Origin: a virus
Direction: 5' to 3' (one strand)
Virus record (IMG/VR): IMGVR_UViG_3300027763_000040
Location: 1 to 64,000 of that record
Length of the DNA stretch: 64,000 bases
Within the stretch, counting starts at the first letter, position 1, and the number at the start of each line of letters is the position of its first letter. The translations under genes were made by a program, and so were the position numbers. Below, piece by piece: positions 55,729 to 64,000 of this stretch. The notes below the pieces were generated by a model. The model saw nothing but the letters and a program-made list of their open reading frames with translations, made no database searches and was not told where the DNA came from.

Positions 55729-57340
55729 CAGAAGAATGTACGATCACGCTATCGCCAAAATATTCATGAACAGCTTTTGATACTCCAGGAAAATGATTAT
55801 AGTCATCTCCACAAATAATTCCATTTTGTTTTAATTTTGGATACCATGCAGTAATATCAGCAAGAACATCAGAGTATTCATGTGAGGCGTCAACATAGAT
55901 TATATCAATGCTACTATCATCAAATTCGTTGCAAGAATTTAAACTAGTACCCCTAATAGTTTGTACATATTGAGAGACTTTACAATAATCAAGATGCTTT
56001 TCATATTCTTGTAAAAAACTAGAATTATTTGCAGTCAATTGAGTTGAGATATCAATATGACATTGTTCAGTTTGACTGCCTTCAAAGGTATCAATTGCAT
56101 AGAATTTCACATCCTTATTTGACTTTTTAATCAATTCAGCAATGTAACAAGTTGATCTTCCCATGAAACATCCAACCTCAACAACAGTTGATTCTGAAGG
56201 AATTTCCTTTATGTACTTTTTAAATACTTCGGTGTGTGCAAACCATCCCGGCACGTGCTCCCAACTTGGATTTTCTGGAGTATTTAAATTTCCATAATTG
56301 TAGTAAGTATTATCTATAGCATTGGTTGGAATTATTTTTACAAATTTGCTACTACTATTACCAAATATAAAATCAGTAACAAACTGCTTTGAAACGCGAA
56401 GAAGGTATGCGGCGTTGTCTTGAAATCCAAAAGTGATCAAATAATCATTTTCATACTCACACATACCAACAGCAAATTCCACTTCTGCATTTAAAAATGC
56501 AAATTGATCAGAAACTTTTACAATATTCCAATCTTTATCCCAAACAACAAATCGATGACGATATGTACCATCTTTCCTATCCGCTGGACTACGGAAAAGA
56601 TACGTTTCGTGATTAAGACAAACACGATACTCCCCCATAGGAATTACTTGAGATCCTCCACGAAGATCAATGCATCCAAGATTTTTCCAATCTTTAACCA
56701 GAACTTGTTCTGTGGTATTTGTCTCTATATCATATTTTACAACTTCAGTTCCATTAGTCCATTTGACAAAGTGATATGGCATATCAAGAATTGGCATCCA
56801 ATTCTTTTCACAATATGATCCTTCATTCCCAACATGATTTGGAACTGGAATGCGATATTGGGCAATTTCCTTTACTCCATCTTCAGTGATTTCAATTTCA
56901 GAGAGTTCCATTCTACCAATACCGGTAGTTTCAAGATCTCGTCTTACTCCACACATGTAGAGTTTTCCATCCCATCGAACAATTCTTGCATCTTCAAGTC
57001 CAACAAATTCCCAAAGTTCTTTATCTGGAAACTTTGATGTATCGATATGATTGTATCGTTTAATTTGCATATTTTCATCAACTTCGCACATAATATTTTT
57101 TGTACGAAGACGCAAATCATTCTCGGGATGAATATAAACCAATGGTCCCCAATGATGCTCAAATTTTTTCTTTTCAGAATGATAAAGGGTATAATTTATA
57201 TTTCTAAGATTCATAAGAATCTTTCCATTATCATTATAAATTGATGGGTTAGTTACCGCAGGCCCCATCAAATATGAAGATGGGACCAATAATGGATGAA
57301 TACTTCCACCATTTTCTAATGCACGTTTTACAAAATTCAT
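55703..57340 (-). CDS. Beta-propeller glycosidase-like domain fused to a class I SAM methyltransferase
   Basis: TNPSI, GLEDARIV, EKNWMP, LRGGS, VEFAVG (GH43/GH130-like clan); VEVGCFMGRST, IDTFEGS, YVDASHEY..V..DI..W..LK..G...GDDY. Confidence 0.75.
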   Translation of the reverse strand: MNFVKRALENGGSIHPLLVPSSYLMGPAVTNPSIYNDNGKILMNLRNINYTLYHSEKKKFEHHWGPLVYIHPENDLRLRTKNIMCEVDENMQIKRYNHIDTSKFPDKELWEFVGLEDARIVRWDGKLYMCGVRRDLETTGIGRMELSEIEITEDGVKEIAQYRIPVPNHVGNEGSYCEKNWMPILDMPYHFVKWTNGTEVVKYDIETNTTEQVLVKDWKNLGCIDLRGGSQVIPMGEYRVCLNHETYLFRSPADRKDGTYRHRFVVWDKDWNIVKVSDQFAFLNAEVEFAVGMCEYENDYLITFGFQDNAAYLLRVSKQFVTDFIFGNSSSKFVKIIPTNAIDNTYYNYGNLNTPENPSWEHVPGWFAHTEVFKKYIKEIPSESTVVEVGCFMGRSTCYIAELIKKSNKDVKFYAIDTFEGSQTEQCHIDISTQLTANNSSFLQEYEKHLDYCKVSQYVQTIRGTSLNSCNEFDDSSIDIIYVDASHEYSDVLADITAWYPKLKQNGIICGDDYNHFPGVSKAVHEYFGDSVIVHSSGVWQYTKN

Positions 57341-57358
57341 AATAACTAAAAAAATTTA

Positions 57359-57574
57359 TTATTCGGTTACTTCTTCAGCAGTGGTTTCTACAACTTCAGG
57401 TTGTGGTTCTGGAACTGGTGTAGTAATAGTGATTTCGATCTGGTGATCCGCACCATGCTCTTCAATCAATGCTGCTACTTCCTCAACAGTATAACCAGTA
57501 GTATTTGCTGGATCCGCAGTCAAGTGATATACATGCATCAAAGGCATTGTAAGAGTTTCAGTTTTAGTATCCAT
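57359..57574 (-). CDS. Small acidic hypothetical protein
   Basis: 71-aa ORF in the operon. Confidence 0.6.
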   Translation of the reverse strand: MDTKTETLTMPLMHVYHLTADPANTTGYTVEEVAALIEEHGADHQIEITITTPVPEPQPEVVETTAEEVTE

Positions 57575-59431
57575 TTAAAATTTCCTCCAAAGTTCTTTTG
57601 AAAATTTAACCCAGTCTTGGATTCTAGTATCCCAACTGTAGTAGTTATTTATTACTTGTACTTGAGCGGTGCTATCAAACTGCCCATTTCGGTATTCCGT
57701 AATAGTTTGTTTGAGTTCTCCTGCAAAACGCTCAATGTGCTTTTGACGATCAGGAATATACCCATAAAGACGAGCAAATCCCATTCCAGTCTCAGGAAGT
57801 GCTGCAAGATTACTTGCAACAACAGAACATCCAGCAGCAAGTGCTTCAATCAAACAAATACAAGATGTCTCTTGGAAATATGATGGATATGCAAAGATAT
57901 GAGTCTTCATGAGTTGCTCACGGATCTTAGAGTTATTCGTTCTTGTATGGCGAACAATTCTCTTATCAGCATTTGCAAGTGCTAAGCAATAGCGAAGAAA
58001 CTGTTCTTCTTGCTCATTGACATGAGAGTATTCATAAGTTTGCAGGCCCTGAGCATATTGTTTTTTACGCTCATCAGGATCAAGTTCATGAAAAATATGA
58101 AGTTCAAAGTCCTCTTCTGGAATTAGTTTAATACCTTCTAGAAGAAGATCCAATCCACGAATAGGATTAGGATGGAACATCAATTGAAGTTTTCCTTCTG
58201 GTTTTTTATGTGATTCAAATGGATGAATAGCATTCTTAAGAACAAAACATTTTTCCATGGGAAGATTAAACTTCTCACCAAATCTTTCGTACTGCCAGTC
58301 AGAAACAAACACATATGCCTTGAAATGTTTCTGGAATTGTTTATCCATCAACTGTTCAAGACCAACCTCATTATGATGAGGATGCAACCAAACAATGTTA
58401 GAATTATCTGGTGCAATAATATTATCTCCAGGAATCACACACCAGTGCCAATCAGCAAGATCTGGTGCGGCAGGAAGAACTAAATCTTGCCATGCTCTTC
58501 CCATAATCTCCGTACCACCAGTTCCATCAGGATTCAATGATGCCTCAAGAAGTGGTGGCATATTGTTGTGAAGAAACTCTGGTTTTGTTACAACTTCAGG
58601 TTCTGGCATTTTATAATATTCTTCTGCGAATGTTTTAATTATAGCACTTTTAAAGTCTTCTGGAAAGTTTGAAAAGTCATATTTGATGAATTGCTTATTC
58701 TCATGCTTACGATCTAAAAGATCAGTTCCAGTTTTAATTGCTTTAAGAATGTGCTGTTCGTTTTTAATTTCATCTGTATTGAATTCCTGATGAGCATAAG
58801 ATTCAATCTTTGTTTTGATTTGTTCAACACCACCAAAAAATGTAAGATGCCATCCAGACTTTTCTGCAAATGGGAATGAAAAACAATTTGCTCTTAAGTA
58901 GTTACATCCTTTTTCTAAGGCATTTCCAACTGTAGTGAATACAGTTCCCGCCCAAGTATCATTTTCATAAGTGTTAAAATTATAATAAAAGTTATCACAT
59001 ATTGCAGTTGCAAATGGTTCTTTAGAAATATTATCTTTCATATAAAGGATGAGTTCCTTTTTAGGAATCTCATCGGCATCACTTAACATGAAAAGATCTT
59101 CAAAAGCAAACTGAAATAGACCTTTACTAATATGATCTCTCTGACCTTGTTCTAGTTTCCAAAATCCAGATTCAAAATCACATTCTTCTTTGTTACTAAA
59201 ATCATATTCACTAATGTCTGGTTCATATTGCAATCTAATAATTTTATTACGAAGTTCTTCATCAAACTGATCAATCACTTGATCCAAATAATATGGTTTT
59301 GGTTTTCCAGAATGCGTATAGTTACATTCTGAGATTACAAAATAATCTACCACATCACGAAGATATTCCAATCTTAACTTAAGAATATCAAACTCATTGA
59401 AAAATGAAAATCCATCAATAACTTTCATCAC
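57575..59431 (-). CDS. Fused glycosyltransferase: GT17 (MGAT3-like) plus GT-B (GT4-like)
   Basis: FFNEFDIL.LRL..L..VVDYFVISE...THSG.PK, SDADEIP, GWHLTFFG...KIESYAH; then FAYPS.FQETSCICLIEALAAG. Confidence 0.85.
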   Translation of the reverse strand: MMKVIDGFSFFNEFDILKLRLEYLRDVVDYFVISECNYTHSGKPKPYYLDQVIDQFDEELRNKIIRLQYEPDISEYDFSNKEECDFESGFWKLEQGQRDHISKGLFQFAFEDLFMLSDADEIPKKELILYMKDNISKEPFATAICDNFYYNFNTYENDTWAGTVFTTVGNALEKGCNYLRANCFSFPFAEKSGWHLTFFGGVEQIKTKIESYAHQEFNTDEIKNEQHILKAIKTGTDLLDRKHENKQFIKYDFSNFPEDFKSAIIKTFAEEYYKMPEPEVVTKPEFLHNNMPPLLEASLNPDGTGGTEIMGRAWQDLVLPAAPDLADWHWCVIPGDNIIAPDNSNIVWLHPHHNEVGLEQLMDKQFQKHFKAYVFVSDWQYERFGEKFNLPMEKCFVLKNAIHPFESHKKPEGKLQLMFHPNPIRGLDLLLEGIKLIPEEDFELHIFHELDPDERKKQYAQGLQTYEYSHVNEQEEQFLRYCLALANADKRIVRHTRTNNSKIREQLMKTHIFAYPSYFQETSCICLIEALAAGCSVVASNLAALPETGMGFARLYGYIPDRQKHIERFAGELKQTITEYRNGQFDSTAQVQVINNYYSWDTRIQDWVKFSKELWRKF

Positions 59432-60285
59432 AACACCTCCTTAAGAAAGTTTTCCATAGGAGACTTTTTAAATACTTCTAGAGCATTTTCTGCACCATTA
59501 TCCATTTGTACTGGATTTCTAAGAAGTTCGTATGCAGTGTTAACAAACTCATGATAAGGTGCTGTATAAGATGTTTGTTCCATATATGAAGGAAAATCAG
59601 TATCTGGATTTCTTTCACAAAGAACAGGAACATTATTTTGAATCAAATGACTTATACGAACCATTTCAAAGATCTTATTGTCATTGTTATGTAGATTAAT
59701 CACCAACTTTGCTCTCTTAATATAATCATCTCTTTCATCACCATAAATGCTATTAATAGAAACAAAATTAATATTTGGATCCTTTTCAAAGACTTCCATT
59801 ACAGCAAGTCTTCTAGGAGAAGGATTCATATAAGCAAGAATGTCAATATCCCTTTCTTCAGGTCTATTTCTTTCAAAATAACTAATCTCTGGAACGTAAC
59901 CAATCTTACAGTGTTTGATGTTCTCAACTCCTGCCTTACGAAGAACTTCAACATTTCTCATTGAATAGTCCCACACTTCAAGACCACGATACTTACGACA
60001 CCAACGCATACATTCTGGGGCATCTTTCATTTGCTCCAAGGAATAAATGATCGTATCCTTTGGAATATCATGTCTCACAACATCCACAGGACAGTGATGC
60101 ATCCCAAATACAATGTTTCGTGCATTAGTTTTAAACTCATTCACACTATTGGTAACTTCATATCCCATTCTTTGAAGAGTGAAGAACATCGCTGCTTCAA
60201 TTTCATTAAAGACCTGAGAATGAACATAAAACCCATTATCGGGTACAATACGGCATAAATTAAATTTCACGAATAAACTCTCCAA
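59428..60285 (-). CDS. GT-B-like glycosyltransferase
   Basis: IYSLEQ, VWDYS..N, DIDIL, RAKLVINLH....FEMVRI. Confidence 0.6.
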   Translation of the reverse strand: MESLFVKFNLCRIVPDNGFYVHSQVFNEIEAAMFFTLQRMGYEVTNSVNEFKTNARNIVFGMHHCPVDVVRHDIPKDTIIYSLEQMKDAPECMRWCRKYRGLEVWDYSMRNVEVLRKAGVENIKHCKIGYVPEISYFERNRPEERDIDILAYMNPSPRRLAVMEVFEKDPNINFVSINSIYGDERDDYIKRAKLVINLHNNDNKIFEMVRISHLIQNNVPVLCERNPDTDFPSYMEQTSYTAPYHEFVNTAYELLRNPVQMDNGAENALEVFKKSPMENFLKEVL

Positions 60286-61744
60286 AATTCTTTTTGATTT
60301 CGTTAATAAGATTTATATCTTTACTCACAACTCCCAATCCGTTGCAATGTCCAAAATTAGTTTTAGGAAGACTGATCTCTTTAAAGAATCTACTCACACC
60401 GAACTCTGGATTTTCAACCATGGTATCATGCATTAGTATTATACCACCTTCTTCCAAAAATGGCGACCACTTCTCAAAATCATTCTTGACTGCCTCATAG
60501 GTATGAAGACCATCAATATGAAGAATATCAATCTTCTTATCCCAGGTTTGAACCACATCATCAAAGAATCCCTTAATGAAAGTAATATTATTCAGTTCAA
60601 GTTCTTTCTGTTTATCGGTCACATATTTGTAAAGTTGCTCAGTATCTCTTTCTCCTGCATGGACATCACCTTCAAAACTATCAATACCATAAACATGCCC
60701 AATCTCAGGAATCGCAAAACAGAAAGTTGAGTATGCATAATCAACTCCCAGATCCACAATCGTTTCTGGTTTCTTATAGCGAACAATCCAATCAGCAAAC
60801 CGACGATGATCTCTCCAGTTGAATAGATTCTTACTACCAACTTCCATCAGAATATCAAGTTTGTTTCTGGTGTATTTTGTCTCATCAGTTTTAATATCTT
60901 CACGATACATCTCAGGTGGGAAGTATGTGAAGTATCTTTCTAGCCCCTGATTATCATATTGATGATGGCGACGATAATGAAAACAATGTTGCTTTGGATT
61001 ACCAGTTGCCATCCAAAGTTCAAAACAATAGCGATAGTTTTGAAGTTCTCGCATCATTGCTTCTACATCCATATACTCTTCAATCTTAACTGGATGTTTC
61101 AGTTTGCGAATATAATCATTTCGTGCCCACCAGAAGTTTCCAGCATAGTGCTGAACCACAAAATCCAATTTAATATCATGGCGTTCGACCCAATCAACAC
61201 CACAACATTCATATCCTTCGTCCAGTTTAGCAATACAATCTTCCCACTTTTCAATATTATAATACTGCATATAGTGTCGCCAATCTTTAATGGCACCAGC
61301 AATATGAGTTGTATAAGAACTTATTCCTTTATTATGAAAATAGAAAACATATCCATCCTCATTTTGGCAGTGCTCATAAATCTTTGCAAGAGTTTGACCC
61401 TCATAAAGATTTGGTTGCTCTCCTAAAGGACGAGTATCAATGATATTCACAAATGGATAGCGATCTTTGATATAACCGAATACCATCTCATCATATGAAT
61501 GTCCTGTCTTGGAATTATGCAATCCAAGAGGAAGAGTCACACACATATTAATTCTTGCCTTATCAGCAAGTCCAGATGATTTTAACAGTCCCATCTGCTC
61601 ATCAATCCACCAAACCCACATATTATTAGTATCGGGAATGAATAAATGATAGAAAACTGTAATGGTTTTTTCGACTTTCTTTTCGTTTCTATACTGTAAC
61701 ATAACGCTCTCTTGGATAAGGTGCATAGTAATGATCAATCGCAC
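60260..61744 (-). CDS. YxHxKG-domain protein fused to a SAM methyltransferase
   Basis: N-terminal YFHNKG...WR.YM.Y...HYAGNFWW; C-terminal VDLGVD, IDSFEGD, LHIDGLHTYEAVKNDF...HD. Start uncertain. Confidence 0.75.
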   Translation of the reverse strand: MRLIITMHLIQESVMLQYRNEKKVEKTITVFYHLFIPDTNNMWVWWIDEQMGLLKSSGLADKARINMCVTLPLGLHNSKTGHSYDEMVFGYIKDRYPFVNIIDTRPLGEQPNLYEGQTLAKIYEHCQNEDGYVFYFHNKGISSYTTHIAGAIKDWRHYMQYYNIEKWEDCIAKLDEGYECCGVDWVERHDIKLDFVVQHYAGNFWWARNDYIRKLKHPVKIEEYMDVEAMMRELQNYRYCFELWMATGNPKQHCFHYRRHHQYDNQGLERYFTYFPPEMYREDIKTDETKYTRNKLDILMEVGSKNLFNWRDHRRFADWIVRYKKPETIVDLGVDYAYSTFCFAIPEIGHVYGIDSFEGDVHAGERDTEQLYKYVTDKQKELELNNITFIKGFFDDVVQTWDKKIDILHIDGLHTYEAVKNDFEKWSPFLEEGGIILMHDTMVENPEFGVSRFFKEISLPKTNFGHCNGLGVVSKDINLINEIKKNFGEFIREI

Positions 61745-62402
61745 TATAATGAATCGATCTTACCTTTGGACTATTGGTTGCCATCCAGACTTCATAACAG
61801 AATCGATGGCCTTCAAACTTTTCTGTAAATTTTTCATCATAATATGAACTCCTGTCCAGAACATTCGGAAGAGTTTTAATATAATCAGTTGTTGCCCACC
61901 AGAAGTTTCCTGCAAAATGAGGATAAGGGTCACGAGTCCAGTTCGTAGAAACTGCATCAACCTGATCATCTTCTAGTTTTTTAATACAATCCTTCCACCT
62001 TTCAACACACCAATAGTTCATATAATGGCGCCAATCTCTTGTTGGGATTGTTTGATGTGAGTTTATGGCATGAAGCATTCCTTTAGAATGAATATAAAGA
62101 ACATATCCATCATTTGCTTTTGAATATGTTTGAAGTTCTTTGAGTGTTTGTCCTTCAAATAAGTTCTCTTGTTCTCCTTTACCTTCAAGAATTCTAGAGG
62201 AAAGGATATTTACAAAAGGATATTTTTGTCTCACATAAATCTTGATTTCATTAATGGCATGATCTGGAGCAGCATAGCACATATTTACAGTTGCCACATC
62301 TGCAAGTCCAGAGGACTTAATCAATCCAAGTTGTTCATCCAAAAACTTATTCCAGAGACTATTGATTGCTCCAAGATGATAAAAGACTGCAAGTTTTTTC
62401 AT
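61689..62402 (-). CDS. Stand-alone YxHxKG-domain protein (putative glycosyltransferase), paralogue of the 60260-61744 N-terminal domain
   Basis: FEGQTL, LYIHSKG, DWRHYMNY, HFAGNFWWA, R.CYEVWMAT. Confidence 0.65.
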   Translation of the reverse strand: MKKLAVFYHLGAINSLWNKFLDEQLGLIKSSGLADVATVNMCYAAPDHAINEIKIYVRQKYPFVNILSSRILEGKGEQENLFEGQTLKELQTYSKANDGYVLYIHSKGMLHAINSHQTIPTRDWRHYMNYWCVERWKDCIKKLEDDQVDAVSTNWTRDPYPHFAGNFWWATTDYIKTLPNVLDRSSYYDEKFTEKFEGHRFCYEVWMATNSPKVRSIHYSAIDHYYAPYPRERYVTV

Positions 62403-63103
62403 ACTACAATATTAGATTTCACATGTCCTACGACTACAGTGGGATCTACATGAACTTGATATCCAAGATCTGCGACTCTTTCACACCAATAAAGATCTTC
62501 GCCCAATGGAAGATCATAAATCTCACCATCAACTTCCTGAGTAACTTTACCCAGTCCGTACCAAGGACGCTTCAAGGATTCAAAAACTCCTTGATTAACA
62601 CACATGAATCCAAGGCCAACACCATATGCGGGAAATGAATCTCCAGTTTGTTGAAGTGCTGTGATTTCTTCACGACTCATGGGACGAAAATCATCTTTGT
62701 TGCGATGAATCATGGCATCGGCACCTTGTGCTTCATAATAAACTCCAGAGATAATGTCTTTATCAGACTGAAGTAATTTTATAAACTGATCAGGATTCCA
62801 AACAATATCACTATCAATACAGAAGATTTTATCGTAGGTGTATTGACCTTTTCCTGGTGCCCGATTAAAAACTTCCAGTTGGCGACTACCAGTAATCGTT
62901 GCTTCTCGTGCATTAGTGACAAGAGATGCATATTCATTTTGATAGTGCCAGGTGATATTATTTGCCTGAAGAACTTGAATCGTTCCCAGCAGTGATTTTA
63001 CATATTCAGACACCAGTGATTTTCCTGGAGTCATGATTACTACATTAAAATGAGTCATAGGATTACCATTTTTTGATGACCGACACGAACTTTTGGATTG
63101 CAC
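62399..63103 (-). CDS. GT-A-fold glycosyltransferase-like protein
   Basis: YDKIFCIDSDI, DIISGVY, GLGFMC, PWY, GED..WC, VGH.K. Confidence 0.75.
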   Translation of the reverse strand: MQSKSSCRSSKNGNPMTHFNVVIMTPGKSLVSEYVKSLLGTIQVLQANNITWHYQNEYASLVTNAREATITGSRQLEVFNRAPGKGQYTYDKIFCIDSDIVWNPDQFIKLLQSDKDIISGVYYEAQGADAMIHRNKDDFRPMSREEITALQQTGDSFPAYGVGLGFMCVNQGVFESLKRPWYGLGKVTQEVDGEIYDLPLGEDLYWCERVADLGYQVHVDPTVVVGHVKSNIVV

Positions 63104-63771
63104 CAGATTTCAAATCCATGATCTCTGATATCTTCACACATAGCAACATCTTCAGAACACATATCTTCAAGAACAATTCCATCTTCACGAATGAGTTGAA
63201 CTTTCTTTGGTGCAAACCAAGGATAAGGAATCTTTTCAAAGATACCTTTCTTCATCAGAACCCAACCAAATCCACAGTATTCAATCTTAAATGGTTCTGA
63301 GCGGCGTTGCATATCTTCAATCGTTTCAAAATAATAAGAACCCTTCTCAAGAAGAAGTTTCTTATCCATATTCACAACAACAGTTGATTGATTGGATACA
63401 GGAGTTCCATTCGACTGAACATACCATCCAGTAGAAATATCCTTATCCATTTGCAGAAGTTCTATCAGATCTTCTGTCTTAAAAATAATATCACTATCGA
63501 TCCACATAATATAGTCATAAGGAACTTGACCCCTCCATGGAGTCAGTAGTGTCCCTGCAAAGTTATCTGCCTGCAGACAATCAGTTCTGGCGAAGTTTAC
63601 CATCGAACTGTATTTCTGCGAAATATAAAAGTTGATTCCCATTTGATTGAGATCAAACAAAAGGCGAATCATCTGAGTCATAAAGGTTCCTGAATATGAA
63701 AATCCAGGAAGACAGAATGCTATTGTTTTTCCCTTGAAATCATTCTTCGGTTGATTTGAATAATTAAGCAT
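63055..63771 (-). CDS. GT-A-fold glycosyltransferase-like protein, paralogue of 62399-63103
   Basis: YDYIMWIDSDI, GFGWVLMKKG.FE, PWF, SEDVAMC, RVGHQK. Confidence 0.75.
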   Translation of the reverse strand: MLNYSNQPKNDFKGKTIAFCLPGFSYSGTFMTQMIRLLFDLNQMGINFYISQKYSSMVNFARTDCLQADNFAGTLLTPWRGQVPYDYIMWIDSDIIFKTEDLIELLQMDKDISTGWYVQSNGTPVSNQSTVVVNMDKKLLLEKGSYYFETIEDMQRRSEPFKIEYCGFGWVLMKKGIFEKIPYPWFAPKKVQLIREDGIVLEDMCSEDVAMCEDIRDHGFEIWCNPKVRVGHQKMVIL

Positions 63772-63816
63772 AAACTAAAGTCATATACTAATGATTATAG
63801 CATATCTAGGCAAGTT

Positions 63817-64000
63817 TTACCACCAGGTTATTTTAACATATCCATTTCCACCCGAAGCACCATCTCCAAATCTATTTTGTTCTTGAGAATATCCTCCACC
63901 ACCTCCACCACCTCCACGAGTTCCAGCGCCACCATCTCCTGCCACAGATTGTGTTGTGGATGATGCAGTAGCAAGAGTTCCCGAAGGTCCAGCAGCAACA
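63817..64000 (-). CDS. C-terminus of a glycine-rich virion/fibre protein (partial)
   Basis: ...GDGAGTRGGGGGGGYSQEQNRFGDGASGGNGYVKITWW*. Confidence 0.6.
   Translation of the reverse strand, partial: VAAGPSGTLATASSTTQSVAGDGGAGTRGGGGGGGGYSQEQNRFGDGASGGNGYVKITWW

Overview
This AT-rich window is part of a T4-like myovirus genome, most likely a cyanophage infecting Synechococcus/Cyanobium. The basis is gene content and order (gp5, gp26, gp51, gp54, gp4, gp48, gp53, gp32, gp59, gp33, exonuclease, phoH, thyX, glutaredoxin), T4 late promoters (TATAAATA/CTAAATA), sigma70-type promoters and an NtcA box. Almost all genes are on the minus strand. Layout: small early hypothetical genes and a helicase (1-5.6 kb); tail-fibre/adhesin genes interleaved with 2OG-Fe(II) oxygenases (5.7-18.4 kb); an HNH gene and three tRNA genes (18.8-19.8 kb); two very large Gly-X-Gln collagen-like fibre proteins (20.8-32.3 kb); baseplate and tail core (32.3-44.8 kb); replication and nucleotide metabolism (44.7-50.3 kb); a nitrogen-sensing RNA locus (50.6-51.1 kb); and a glycosyltransferase/methyltransferase island (52.8-63.8 kb). 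Two systems stand out, neither visible in the ORF track. (1) tRNA-Leu(UAA) is split in its anticodon by a 200-nt ORF-less group I intron with an Azoarcus-like core. It is followed directly by a free-standing HNH endonuclease whose late promoter sits inside a hairpin, which suggests a collaborative-homing pair. (2) A glutamine (glnA-type) riboswitch aptamer appears to enclose a 50-codon ORF, with an NtcA box upstream and a small peptide gene downstream. All calls come from visual motif recognition and recalled reference sequences; no searches or folding programs were run.
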